From: an uncultured Bacilli bacterium
Lineage (GTDB): Bacteria > Bacillota_I > Bacilli_A > RF39 > UBA660
Length of the DNA stretch: 61,393 bases
Reading direction: 5' to 3'
NCBI GenBank assembly: GCA_947627675.1
Contig: CANQWY010000003.1
Coordinates: 1 to 61,393, forward strand
Shown: piece by piece, positions 18,190 through 27,711 of the stretch
Numbering within the stretch: the first letter of the stretch is position 1
Layout: each line of letters starts with the position of its first letter
Notes under the pieces: model-generated
What the model was told of the DNA's origin: nothing
Databases searched by the model: none
Seen by the model: the letters and a program-made list of their open reading frames with translations, nothing else
Translations under genes and position numbers: made by a program

Positions 18190-18564
18190 GTTTAAGGATA
18201 AATGTGATTTATGTAAAAAATCAAACTCATAAAAAAGGGAAAACAGCTAACAATATTTGATTTGATATGAGGTGATAGGAGTTATAAATAAAAATATTTT
18301 AGGTGTAAATATTGAAATAACAAAAGATTCTTCAAAAATAAAAAATACGAAAAGTATGTTAATTATTTTAAATATCGTAAGAAATATATCAGCTAAAAAT
18401 GGTATTAAATTTCAAAGAAATAATAAAAGTTGGATTCAAGAATGGAAACTCATAATTTGTTATATAAAATGCATTTATTTGTAGATCATACAAGAGATAC
18501 CGATTTAGAAGAAAATGATAGTAAATTTCGTTTGTTTTGCTACAAAATTTTAGGGAGATTCTAA

Positions 18565-19002
18565 ATGGATAATATATATATACATTATGGTCATAAAAAG
18601 TTTGAAAAAGATAAATTTATTGAGATTCAAAATCAATTATTTAATAAGCCTATTGGTGGTTTATGGGCATCATCTCTAAATTCAAAATATGGTTGGAAAG
18701 AATGGAACGAATCAGAAAAACTTGTTGAATGCAACGAATTTAATAGTTTTAAATTTCAATTAAAAAAAGATGCACGCATTTTAGAAATAGATAGTCACGA
18801 AGTCGTTTTAAAATTACCAGTTCAAGGCAAATATGACATGAGTTGTTGCATGCTACTGATTGATTTTGAAAAAATAAAAAATAGTTATGATGCAATAGAA
18901 TTTTTAGTTACAAAAGATAGACAACTATATTGGGATTTATATGGTTGGGACTGTGATTCAATTTTAATTTTAAATAAAGAATGTATTGTGGAGGTGAAAT
19001 GA
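18565..19002 (+). CDS. Conserved-looking phage protein of unknown function
   Basis: 145-aa ORF after a GGGAG SD (PIGGLWASS...WDLYGWDCDSILILN). No family assigned by eye. Confidence 0.55.
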   Translation: MDNIYIHYGHKKFEKDKFIEIQNQLFNKPIGGLWASSLNSKYGWKEWNESEKLVECNEFNSFKFQLKKDARILEIDSHEVVLKLPVQGKYDMSCCMLLIDFEKIKNSYDAIEFLVTKDRQLYWDLYGWDCDSILILNKECIVEVK

Positions 19003-19272
19003 ATGGCAAAAAATAAATTATTGGATTTAAATGATCATTTATTTGCAGAATTAGAGCGATTAGGTGATGAAGATTTAAAAGGTGATGACTTACAAGAAGA
19101 ATTAGATCGAGCAAAAGCTCTGTCAGATGTAAGCGAAAAAATAATAAATAACGCAAGCTTGATGCTTAAAGCAATTCATGAACAAAACGAGTATGGTACA
19201 GTTTCAAGAGATGTTCCTAAAATGTTATTAGGAGTTAATCTAAATGAAGATAAATCAAAACAAAAAAATTAA
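19003..19272 (+). CDS. Hypothetical acidic helical protein
   Basis: The ATG immediately follows the upstream TGA. Confidence 0.5.
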   Translation: MAKNKLLDLNDHLFAELERLGDEDLKGDDLQEELDRAKALSDVSEKIINNASLMLKAIHEQNEYGTVSRDVPKMLLGVNLNEDKSKQKN

Positions 19273-19921
19273 GTATTCTCAAGAAATAATTGATTATATT
19301 AAAAAAAATCATAAAGGAAAATCTACTATTGAATTGTCTAATGAAGTTAATAAAATATTTAGCATCAATTCTAATCCAGATAATATCCAAAATTTAAAAA
19401 GTAGAATTAAGAGAAGAGATGGATTTATTTTTGAGCCAGCTCGTAACGATGGATGTATTAAAAAAGGTCATGTTCCAATGAATAATGGTAAAAAATGGGA
19501 TGATTATTTGTCAAAAGAAAAACAAAAGAGAAGTCGTCAAAAAACATTTAAAAAAGGAAATAAGCCATCTAATGCTTTAGATATCGGAACAGAACGAATG
19601 CGATATTCTGGAAGTAATCCTAATTTTGGTTATTTATGTGTAAAAGTTTGCGATGGCAAAGGAAATAAAAATTGGGTACCTAAACACAAATTAATCTATG
19701 AAATGCATCATGGAAAAATTCCGCCAAAGCATAAGGTAATATTTGCTGATGGAAATAGATTTAATTTTAATATTGAAAATTTAATTTTAGTTTCTAATTC
19801 CGAAGAACTTATTATGAATAAGCGACATTTGAGATTTGAAGATAAAGAATTAACTAAAACAGCCTCTATGGTAGCAAAGGTAATAGATAAGACTAATAAA
19901 GCGAAAAATGATCGATTATGA
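19244..19921 (+). CDS. HNH homing-type endonuclease (HNH_3)
   Basis: WVPKHKLIYEMHHGKIPPKHKVIFADGNRFNFNIENLILVSNSE. Confidence 0.75.
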   Translation: MKINQNKKIKYSQEIIDYIKKNHKGKSTIELSNEVNKIFSINSNPDNIQNLKSRIKRRDGFIFEPARNDGCIKKGHVPMNNGKKWDDYLSKEKQKRSRQKTFKKGNKPSNALDIGTERMRYSGSNPNFGYLCVKVCDGKGNKNWVPKHKLIYEMHHGKIPPKHKVIFADGNRFNFNIENLILVSNSEELIMNKRHLRFEDKELTKTASMVAKVIDKTNKAKNDRL

Positions 19922-20114
19922 ACAATTATATTATGATTCACAGTATGAAATAAAACAACTTAAAAAGAAAATCCAGGAATTAGAAAATGATTTAAATTTA
20001 GTAAAGAAGTCAGATAAAAGAAAAATAGAACTTAAAAAGGAAATTATGAAAGAATTTAATAATTTCAAAAATAAAGAAAAGGAAGAGGTGAAAGAAATTG
20101 AAAAAATACAATAG
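19908..20114 (+). CDS. Hypothetical coiled-coil protein
   Basis: Packed co-directional ORF. Confidence 0.4.
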   Translation: MIDYEQLYYDSQYEIKQLKKKIQELENDLNLVKKSDKRKIELKKEIMKEFNNFKNKEKEEVKEIEKIQ

Positions 20115-20400
20115 TAGTTGGAATGCTGAAAAGTTAGAGATAAATTTTAATCAAAAACAATGGCGACAAGATCTTGCAGCATTTGTAAGAAATAAAAAAT
20201 ATTGGTATTCAGCTCGTGTATCTAGATCGAGAACTGTAGAGGCTAAAACAACATATAATTCGAGTATTAAAGAATTTGAAGTTTTTGATGGTTACGGTGG
20301 CAATATAGTTGTTAGATATACAAATAAAAATGAAATTATATATACTTCAAACGAAGAAATTATTGAAATGTATTTTCAAAAAAGAGGTCTTAATCAGTAA
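20098..20400 (+). CDS. Hypothetical protein
   Basis: TTG start after GAGGTG. Confidence 0.45.
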   Translation: MKKYNSSWNAEKLEINFNQKQWRQDLAAFVRNKKYWYSARVSRSRTVEAKTTYNSSIKEFEVFDGYGGNIVVRYTNKNEIIYTSNEEIIEMYFQKRGLNQ

Positions 20401-20430
20401 AAAGCTAATTATTTTATAGGAGGAATAAAA

Positions 20431-20667
20431 ATGGTAACGATAAAGTGCAGTGAATATGAAAAAGGAGATATGATAAGAATTTTAAATTATGCTAGAAATA
20501 AAAAAATAGAAGATTCTAAAAAAGATAACAAGATAGCAAAACAAATTTTAAACATAGATTTAAAAACTATAGATATTTTAATAGATAGAGTAAATGGAAA
20601 ATATAGAGAAGATTATTACAATAGAAACGCAAAATCAGGAAGAGAAAAAGAATGGTGTATTCATTAG
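20431..20667 (+). CDS. Hypothetical protein
   Basis: ATG after AGGAGG. Confidence 0.5.
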   Translation: MVTIKCSEYEKGDMIRILNYARNKKIEDSKKDNKIAKQILNIDLKTIDILIDRVNGKYREDYYNRNAKSGREKEWCIH

Positions 20668-20687
20668 AAAGTTAGGGTGATTAGGTA

Positions 20688-21095
20688 ATGAGAAAAAAAA
20701 TAATAATAGTAATAATTTTATTAGTAATGTTAGGAGTAACGGGATGTGCATTTGGAAGAGATTCAGATGTGGCTTCATATAATGTAAGCAAAGAAGCAGA
20801 TTATTTTAGAGTAAAAAGGAGAATAGTTTTTATTAATTTAAGAAGTAATAGTTATTTATTTGAAATAATTGGTAATTGTTCAATAGAAACAGACAATAAT
20901 GATAAACAATTAGAAGTAATTTGCAAAGTAGGAGAAGATAAATATCAAAAACATTTTTTAAGATTATCAGATGAAACTACCTATACAGTTGAGCAACTAG
21001 AATATAGTGAAGTATCTAAATATGATTATGAAATAGTATTTAAACCAGAAAGCATTATACCAATAAAAATTGAAACAGAAGTAGGTGGTAAATAA
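20688..21095 (+). CDS. Prophage lipoprotein
   Basis: Signal peptide plus lipobox: MRKKIIIVIILLVMLGVTGC. Confidence 0.7.
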   Translation: MRKKIIIVIILLVMLGVTGCAFGRDSDVASYNVSKEADYFRVKRRIVFINLRSNSYLFEIIGNCSIETDNNDKQLEVICKVGEDKYQKHFLRLSDETTYTVEQLEYSEVSKYDYEIVFKPESIIPIKIETEVGGK

Positions 21096-21574
21096 TGTTT
21101 AGAAGAGAACAAAAAGAATATAATGGTAATATTTTAAATGATACAGTTGAAATTCTATCAAAAGAAAATGATGAAAAAAAGAATTTAGTAGATTTAGGAA
21201 TTAAAGACAATGAACCAATAGGATTTAAATTTGATACAAGTATTAATAAACCTGTATTAGCAAGAAGATGCGACAACTATTACTATGCTTATCCGTCATT
21301 AACAGGTTGGGTGTACTATCGTTCTAGATATTTAGGAGATAAAGATAAAGAAATAATTGATATTACATTTGATGAATGGGCTTATAAAGTTGTAGAAACA
21401 TTAGAACAAGAATTTAAGCAAAAAAATAAAAATGATGAGTGGGAAAATATAGAAGAAAAAGATAATACTGGTTTTATGAGCATAGAAGATGGGCTCGACC
21501 TTTTAAGAAAATGGACTAATTCAATTATTAAAAATCAAAAATACTTAAAAGAAAGGATTGATAAAAATTACTAA
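21095..21574 (+). CDS. Hypothetical protein
   Basis: Start overlaps the upstream stop (TAATG). Confidence 0.5.
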   Translation: MFRREQKEYNGNILNDTVEILSKENDEKKNLVDLGIKDNEPIGFKFDTSINKPVLARRCDNYYYAYPSLTGWVYYRSRYLGDKDKEIIDITFDEWAYKVVETLEQEFKQKNKNDEWENIEEKDNTGFMSIEDGLDLLRKWTNSIIKNQKYLKERIDKNY

Positions 21575-21995
21575 AGAAGAAATAATTAATAATTGGTATT
21601 TGTACAAACATGAATTAAAAAAATATTTTAAAACAACAAGACAAGAAAAATATGATAGCTATGAAGAATTAGTTAAATTAATTGTTAAATATTTTTTACC
21701 AGATTATGATAGTAAAAAAATAACAGTTATTGATGATGGAGATTATCAAGGAACGCAAATATTTATTATACCGAAAAATACATATCAACCCTGTGTAGAT
21801 GAATATTTATATACTAATACTTATTATGGCTCTTGTAGTGGTTGTGATACACTTCTAGGAATTAGTGAATATGAAGATGGATTGCCAAATGAAGAACAAG
21901 TTAAAGATTATATGACATTATGCTTACATTTAATACAAAAATTAAAACCACTTACTGATGATGAATTTAAAATAAAAAAGTTGGAGGAAAAATAA
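21558..21995 (+). CDS. Hypothetical protein with a Cys motif YYGSCSGCDTL
   Basis: TTG start after GAAAGGA. Confidence 0.5.
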   Translation: MIKITKEEIINNWYLYKHELKKYFKTTRQEKYDSYEELVKLIVKYFLPDYDSKKITVIDDGDYQGTQIFIIPKNTYQPCVDEYLYTNTYYGSCSGCDTLLGISEYEDGLPNEEQVKDYMTLCLHLIQKLKPLTDDEFKIKKLEEK

Positions 21996-21996
21996 A

Positions 21997-22281
21997 ATGC
22001 AAAAAGAATATGTAGAAATAAAAATACCAATATTTGATGATGCAAATGAAATAGAAATTGTTAAAACTTTTAATGAACAACAATTATATTATGTTTGTGC
22101 TTTAGCAAAAGCATTTGAAAATTCAAAAAATGAAAAACAACAACTTATTTCTTTTTTGGAAGAGAAGATAAAAGAAGAATATGTAGGTGGGCAAGATATA
22201 CTAGCTCAAAACAATTTTAAAGCTAAAAGACAAGCATTTCAAGAAGTCCTAGATTTTGTTAATAAAGGTGGTAAACAATGA
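21997..22281 (+). CDS. Hypothetical protein
   Basis: Packed ORF ending ...NKGGKQ in the reiterated junction motif. Confidence 0.5.
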   Translation: MQKEYVEIKIPIFDDANEIEIVKTFNEQQLYYVCALAKAFENSKNEKQQLISFLEEKIKEEYVGGQDILAQNNFKAKRQAFQEVLDFVNKGGKQ

Positions 22282-22430
22282 ATATTTTCATATTTATATT
22301 ATTGATTATTTTATACATTTCATTGATGTTTGTTGCAACATGGTTTTTGATTATTATCGATGATTTGTTCTTAAATAATACAATACAAAATATATTTTCA
22401 AATATTTTAAATAAAGGTGGTAAAGAATGA
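22278..22430 (+). CDS. 50-aa single-TM mini-protein
   Basis: ATGA overlaps at both ends. MNIFIFILLIILYISLMFVATWFLIII...NKGGKE. Below the ORF-track cutoff. Confidence 0.4.
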   Translation: MNIFIFILLIILYISLMFVATWFLIIIDDLFLNNTIQNIFSNILNKGGKE

Positions 22431-22558
22431 AAAGATTATTAAGAAATAAAACATTTATAACAATTATAAGTACAATTTTAAGTATATTATTATTAATTTT
22501 GTGCTTTGTGGCTAGTTTATATGTTTATAGATGGATATTTAGATTTATAACAGGATAG
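22427..22558 (+). CDS. 43-aa single-TM mini-protein
   Basis: ATGA overlap. MKRLLRNKTFITIISTILSILLLILCFVASLYVY... Confidence 0.4.
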   Translation: MKRLLRNKTFITIISTILSILLLILCFVASLYVYRWIFRFITG

Positions 22559-22567
22559 GTGGTAAAG

Positions 22568-22948
22568 ATGAGTAAAGAAGTACAAGAGGCAATCTTGGCA
22601 TTTCAAACGGCTATTAATTTTAAAACAACTACAGTAATGCCTATAGAATATAATATCGATATTGAAAATGCTAAGATGTTATTAAAATATATTGAACAAT
22701 TGCAACAAGAAAATAAAGAATTAAAAGAAAAAAATAAAAAAATAAAATTTGAAAATACATATACAAATATAGTACATAATGCTTTTCAAACAGAAAAAAA
22801 AGAAAAAAGATATTATGAAAATATTTTAACTAAATTAGAAAAGTGGCTTGAAGAAAAAATTAATTCACCAAAATTATCTTTAATTGAAATTATAACATTT
22901 AAAAGATGTTTAGAAGAATTACAAGAATTGAAAGAAGGTAAGAAATAA
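22568..22948 (+). CDS. Hypothetical coiled-coil protein
   Basis: ATG 22568 lies 5 nt after GGTGG. Confidence 0.5.
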   Translation: MSKEVQEAILAFQTAINFKTTTVMPIEYNIDIENAKMLLKYIEQLQQENKELKEKNKKIKFENTYTNIVHNAFQTEKKEKRYYENILTKLEKWLEEKINSPKLSLIEIITFKRCLEELQELKEGKK

Positions 22949-23463
22949 TGAAAAAAGCAATGATTGATTATATACAAAAACCAAAATTTGATGATATATA
23001 TACACCTTCTTATGCTATAAAGCCTTTATTAAAATATATACCTAAAAATATAACTGTATGGGAATGTACTGATTATGGTAAAAGTGAAATAACAAGATTG
23101 TTAAAAGAACATGGTTGTAAAGTTATATCTACTGATAAAAAAGAAAACTTCTTTGAATATATACCTAAAGAACATTTTGATATGATTATAACTAATCCTC
23201 CATATTCACTTAAAAATGAATTTCTACAAAAATGTTATGAATATGGAAAGCCTTTTTGTTTATTATTACCTATTACAGCATTAGAAGGTAAAGCTAGAGG
23301 TGAAATGTTTAGAAAAAATGATATACAAGTTATGGTTTTAGATTCTAGAGTCAATTTTACAAATAAAAATAATAATTGGTTTAATGTAAGTTGGTTTTGT
23401 TGGAAGGTATTACCTAAGCAATTGATTTTTGAAGAGTTAAAAAAGGAGAATAATAATGAATAA
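22948..23463 (+). CDS. Orphan N6-adenine DNA methyltransferase (small phage type)
   Basis: DMIITNPPYSLKNEF catalytic (D/N)PPY motif. No adjacent endonuclease gene. Confidence 0.7.
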   Translation: MKKAMIDYIQKPKFDDIYTPSYAIKPLLKYIPKNITVWECTDYGKSEITRLLKEHGCKVISTDKKENFFEYIPKEHFDMIITNPPYSLKNEFLQKCYEYGKPFCLLLPITALEGKARGEMFRKNDIQVMVLDSRVNFTNKNNNWFNVSWFCWKVLPKQLIFEELKKENNNE

Positions 23464-23662
23464 AGATATTACATTGGAAGATTTAGATTTATCTTGTATA
23501 GAATATTCAGATTGTATTTGCTACGGAAAAGGAATAATGGACGAATATATATGGTTTTACAAAAAATCAAAAACTATTGAAACAACTTTTGACAAAATTA
23601 ATATGCAAGAATTACAAGCAATATATAACAAATGCAAAGAATTAGGGTGGTTAGATGAATAA
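23456..23662 (+). CDS. Hypothetical protein
   Basis: ATG after AAGGAG. Confidence 0.45.
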   Translation: MNKDITLEDLDLSCIEYSDCICYGKGIMDEYIWFYKKSKTIETTFDKINMQELQAIYNKCKELGWLDE

Positions 23663-23978
23663 AGAAGAAGAAGTAATAAAAAAATTAAATGAATATTCAA
23701 GTGAATGTCATACTCAATTAGCATATTCAATAAATGGTTATAGGAGAAAGCACCCAGGGGATTTAAGATTATGTATGTATGAAACTGATGTGATTTTAAT
23801 TTACATTAAAGATTTACAACACCAATTAGAAGAAAAAGACAAGGTTATTGATGAGGCAAGAGAATTTTTAAAGGAATTTCATAATTACGAAAATAGGTTT
23901 AAATGGTGTGAAGAAGATTATATACAAACAATATTGAAATTAGAAAAAATATTAGAAAGAAGTAAAAATGGAAAATAA
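23655..23978 (+). CDS. Hypothetical protein
   Basis: Packed ORF. Confidence 0.45.
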   Translation: MNKEEEVIKKLNEYSSECHTQLAYSINGYRRKHPGDLRLCMYETDVILIYIKDLQHQLEEKDKVIDEAREFLKEFHNYENRFKWCEEDYIQTILKLEKILERSKNGK

Positions 23979-24168
23979 AACTATTGAGATAAATTATAAA
24001 GCAGAATATATGAGATTAAGTATTGAAAATAATAAATTAATACAAGAAAACAATGATTTAAAAAAATCAATTTTATCTATGGTTAAAGTATATTCTACTG
24101 TTGATGATATGAATAAAGTTTTTAAGGATATTGAAAGAGAATTGAAAATAATTAGCAAAAGGAAGTGA
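23968..24168 (+). CDS. Hypothetical coiled-coil protein
   Basis: Packed ORF. Confidence 0.4.
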   Translation: MENKTIEINYKAEYMRLSIENNKLIQENNDLKKSILSMVKVYSTVDDMNKVFKDIERELKIISKRK

Positions 24169-24184
24169 AATAAAATGAAATTAG

Positions 24185-25321
24185 AAAAAGACAGGTGATT
24201 TAGGAGATAAGGTTATACCTAATATAGTTGGTGTAGATATTGGTTGTGGGATGTTATGTGTTGAATTAGGCAACATAGATATTGATTTAGAAAAATTAGA
24301 TAGAGTTATCCATGAATATGTACCAAGTGGCATGAATGTTCATGAAAATCAAAAATACAAGTTTTTGGAAATGGAACAATTATATTGTTTAAAAAATTTA
24401 AAAAATAAAGATAATTGGTTAGAAAAGTCAATGGGAACTTTAGGTGGTGGCAATCACTTTATAGAAATTGATATTGATGACGATAATAATAAATATTTAG
24501 TAATTCATACAGGTAGTAGAAATTTAGGAAAACAAGTATGTGAAATATATCAAAATAAAGCTATTGAATATTGCTCTTATAAAAATGAAATGCAAGAAGA
24601 AAAGGATAAATTGATTCAAGAATATAAAGAACAAGGTAGACAAAGAGAAATACAAAGTGCCTTAATTGAAATAAGCCAAAAATATGATGGAAAAACTAAA
24701 CTTCCTAAAGATTTATGCTATTTAGAGGGAAAAGATAGGGGAGATTATTTACACGATATGAGAATATGTCAAGAATTTGCTAAAGATAATCGAGTGTGTA
24801 TAGCTCAACAAATATTATGCAATTATTTTGAGTTACCATACTATAGAGGTTATAATAGTGTAAGATTAAGAGAAATACCTACTGAACCATCATTATTTAC
24901 GCAAGACGTAATAGAAAAAGATTTTTGGTATTTTCAATGTATTCATAATTACATAAATTTTGAAGATAATATTGTTCGTAAAGGAGCTATATCATCTAAA
25001 TTAGGAGAAAAAATTATTATACCTATGAATATGCGTGATGGTTGTATTATTGGTGTTGGAAAAGGTAATAATGATTGGAATAATTCTGCACCACATGGAG
25101 CAGGTAGAATTATGTCTAGAATTAAAGCAAAAGAAATTATAAATATGGAAGATTATAAAAAATCAATGCAAGGTATTTATACGACATAAGTAAATGAAGA
25201 AACAATAGATGAAGCACCATTTGTTTATAAATCAATGCAAGAAATAATTGATTGTATAGGGAATACAGTAGATATTATTAAAATTATAAAACCAATTTAT
25301 AATTTTAAAGCAAATGAATAA
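24185..25321 (+). pseudogene. rtcB: RtcB-family RNA ligase gene, decayed (5' deletion plus in-frame TAA)
   Basis: The frame reads ...DKVIPNIVGVDIGCGM...GGGNHFIEIDID...IHTGSRNLG...APHGAGR.... The upstream MPDxHxG-type segment is missing. TAA at 25187-25189 interrupts ...QGIYTT*VNEETIDEAPFVYKSM..., which continues to 25321. Confidence 0.75.
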
Positions 25322-25357
25322 GTTGAAAATAATTGTTATAAGATAGGAGATTAGAAT

Positions 25358-25585
25358 ATGTGGTTTGATGATGCTAATATTCAAATAGTTGGCTATGATA
25401 GTAATGATTTAGATTTATTTAGTAAAATGCAATTAAATGAAATTGCAACTAAATTTAATGAAAGTATGAGACATAAAAACATTATAAAAAGGCAACAAAA
25501 AGAGATAAATGAGTTAAACATTAAATTGCTTGAGGAAAAATTGAAAAATATGAAAAATGAATTTAATAAGATAGGAGATAAATAA
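25358..25585 (+). CDS. Hypothetical coiled-coil protein
   Basis: ATG after AGGAGA. Confidence 0.45.
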   Translation: MWFDDANIQIVGYDSNDLDLFSKMQLNEIATKFNESMRHKNIIKRQQKEINELNIKLLEEKLKNMKNEFNKIGDK

Positions 25586-25586
25586 A

Positions 25587-25913
25587 ATGTCAAAAGGTAA
25601 TATAACAATAGGTGCTGAATGTAATTTAAAAATAAATGATGCCGTAGCTGAAATGACTACTAGAATAGATGATAAAATTTGTGACACTTGGAAAATAAAG
25701 AGAGAAGATATAATCAAATCCTTGAAAGCACAACAACGAATCGATAAAGCAACGGAAATTGCATATCAATATGCTCAAATTGATGGGGCACATCATAAAA
25801 TGTGGACAATAGACCAAATGTTAAGAGAATTATTAGGTGATGGATATGATAAATTTGTTAAAGAATATGAAGAAGATGGTGAATACAAATGGGATATAGG
25901 AATTGCACCATAA
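25587..25913 (+). CDS. Conserved phage protein of unknown function
   Basis: ...QIDGAHHKMWTIDQMLRELLGDGY... is a motif seen by eye in many phage early regions. Confidence 0.5.
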   Translation: MSKGNITIGAECNLKINDAVAEMTTRIDDKICDTWKIKREDIIKSLKAQQRIDKATEIAYQYAQIDGAHHKMWTIDQMLRELLGDGYDKFVKEYEEDGEYKWDIGIAP

Positions 25914-25934
25914 TTTTACAAGGTGAGGAAGTGA

Positions 25935-26183
25935 ATGTTAATGAAATATTATGAAGAAGAAGTTGAAGAAGAAATTGAAAAATATTTAAATACTGAAGAA
26001 GCTAAATTTCAAATAGAAACACAATCAAACATAGAAACAATAGTTCGATTATTATATAAAAAGGAAATTATTACTGAAAATGAATTTATTGAAACAAATA
26101 ATAAAATAAAAGAAATCATAAAAACAATTACAAAAGAAAAAATTAAACAAGAAATTCAGAAAATGAATGAAGAAGTGAAGTAA
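25935..26183 (+). CDS. Hypothetical acidic protein
   Basis: Packed ORF after GGTGAGGA. Confidence 0.45.
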   Translation: MLMKYYEEEVEEEIEKYLNTEEAKFQIETQSNIETIVRLLYKKEIITENEFIETNNKIKEIIKTITKEKIKQEIQKMNEEVK

Positions 26184-26185
26184 AT

Positions 26186-26392
26186 ATGTTAAATTTTATA
26201 AATGAAAGTTGGAATGCAGTTAAAATTACAATTACAAAAGTTTTTAATATAATAAAAGAGCCACTTTTATTTACAATGTTGTTTGTTTGCGCAATAGGAT
26301 TGTTAATTAGTATATTAACAATGAATATTTTATTAACAATAATATTTATGTTTTATATATTTTTATGTCTTGAATTAATAGAAGGGTTGTAA
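26186..26392 (+). CDS. Small membrane protein
   Basis: Two hydrophobic segments. Confidence 0.45.
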   Translation: MLNFINESWNAVKITITKVFNIIKEPLLFTMLFVCAIGLLISILTMNILLTIIFMFYIFLCLELIEGL

Positions 26393-26655
26393 TAATATGT
26401 TAAAAATTCGTGATGATGTTGATTTAAAAGAATTTGAAAAATTTGGCTTTAAAAAAGATGAAGATTTAAGCAATGATTTAGAAACGATTTATAGTGTTAC
26501 TCAAGAGTACCAAAAATTATGTTTATATTGAGAAGAAAAAGAAAGGTATTCAGAGAAACGAAGCTAATAAAATAGCTTGGGAGATTCATCAAAAGTATGG
26601 GAAATATACAGTAGGTGATTTATTTTCGGCTATAAAAAAGTAAGGAGGAATATAT

Positions 26656-27036
26656 ATGAATGATAGTGAAGAAAATTACGAATTAATAGAAATGAATTAT
26701 AGATATTATCATTATAGTAAAAAAATCATTAAAGAAATAATTTTAAAAGATCCTCATGATTTGACAAATGAAGAATGGCGAACATTAATACAAATGTTAT
26801 ATCCAGGAAATATGATTGCATCTGGTTTATTTCAACCGATATTAATATTTAGAATAGGAAGAAACGGAAAAAGAATAGATCCACCAATAGAAGCCTTTGA
26901 TTCTATTGATTCATACAAAAATAATAGATGTCTATTCATTGAAATTATGAGCCATATAGAAAAAGAATCTAATTTGAAATTTAATGAAATTTGGTATGTA
27001 ATTCGCCATCAAATCGAAAATAATATGGAGGTATAA
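26656..27036 (+). CDS. Hypothetical protein
   Basis: ATG after AAGGAGGAA. Confidence 0.5.
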   Translation: MNDSEENYELIEMNYRYYHYSKKIIKEIILKDPHDLTNEEWRTLIQMLYPGNMIASGLFQPILIFRIGRNGKRIDPPIEAFDSIDSYKNNRCLFIEIMSHIEKESNLKFNEIWYVIRHQIENNMEV

Positions 27037-27040
27037 ATTT

Positions 27041-27202
27041 ATGGTTATTGCATTATTGATTGTTATATTTGTACTTATTAAGTCTAATTGTGAATTAAAA
27101 AAAGAAATAAAGGCTAATCAAGAAGCATTTAGCATAATATCATCTGTTATAAGCGAAGAAGAATTAAAAATATTAAGAGAAACTTATAAAATAATGATTT
27201 AG
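27041..27202 (+). CDS. 53-aa N-terminal-TM mini-protein
   Basis: ATG after GGAGGT. Below the ORF-track cutoff. Confidence 0.35.
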   Translation: MVIALLIVIFVLIKSNCELKKEIKANQEAFSIISSVISEEELKILRETYKIMI

Positions 27203-27348
27203 TGAGGACTATATGAAAAAAATTATATGATTATATTAAGAAAAGATGGTGAGTATAGTGATAATTAACAATGGAATACCAAGATAAGAGAAAAAAATCA
27301 CATAATATAGAAAATATTAATAGTGAATAAAATACGAGGGAATAGTAT

Positions 27349-27534
27349 ATGAATTTAAAAAAAGTTATTGTTTTATTATTATCTCCAATTTATATAATTA
27401 TTAGTTTGTTAAAATCAATGTTTTTATTTATTGAACCTTTAGCTACAGAAATTGGAGAAATGATTTCATCAGGTGCTTATAACATTTATAATTCAATGTA
27501 TGATTTTTGGAAAAAAATATTTAAATGGAGGTAA
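27349..27534 (+). CDS. Small membrane protein
   Basis: Hydrophobic N-terminus. Confidence 0.4.
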   Translation: MNLKKVIVLLLSPIYIIISLLKSMFLFIEPLATEIGEMISSGAYNIYNSMYDFWKKIFKWR

Positions 27535-27537
27535 TTT

Positions 27538-27711
27538 ATGACAGAAAAAACAGATGGCCACTATGTAAAAAAAGTTTATTTGAATAATTCTGATGATGAT
27601 AAGAATTTTTATGATATAGATCCCAAAAATAGAATTGTTAACTTAACAAGATTAGATGGAGCATTAGATGATACTATTGTTCAATTAGTAAAGGTGGGAT
27701 TTATAGAATGA
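27538..27711 (+). CDS. 57-aa hypothetical protein
   Basis: ATG after GGAGGT; ATGA overlap with the next gene. Confidence 0.4.
   Translation: MTEKTDGHYVKKVYLNNSDDDKNFYDIDPKNRIVNLTRLDGALDDTIVQLVKVGFIE

Noticed and set aside
18272-18565. 70-aa GTG-start ORF, plus an overlapping frame (ATG 18443...TAA 18565) reading METHNLLYKMHLFVDHTRDTDLEENDSKFRLFCYKILGRF. This may be one gene split by a frameshift.
   Set aside because: Weak start context, no recognisable family, and the fusion is speculative. It may be a decayed gene or non-coding spacer.
26397-26643. 44-codon ORF (MLKIRDDVDLKEFEKFGFKKDEDL...) followed, in the +1 frame, by ...YVYIEKKKKGIQRNEANKIAWEIHQKYGKYTVGDLFSAIKK. This may be a frameshifted ~85-aa phage gene.
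   Set aside because: Plausible, but it cannot be verified by eye, and both pieces are below the ORF cutoff. It needs read-level checking or homologue alignment.
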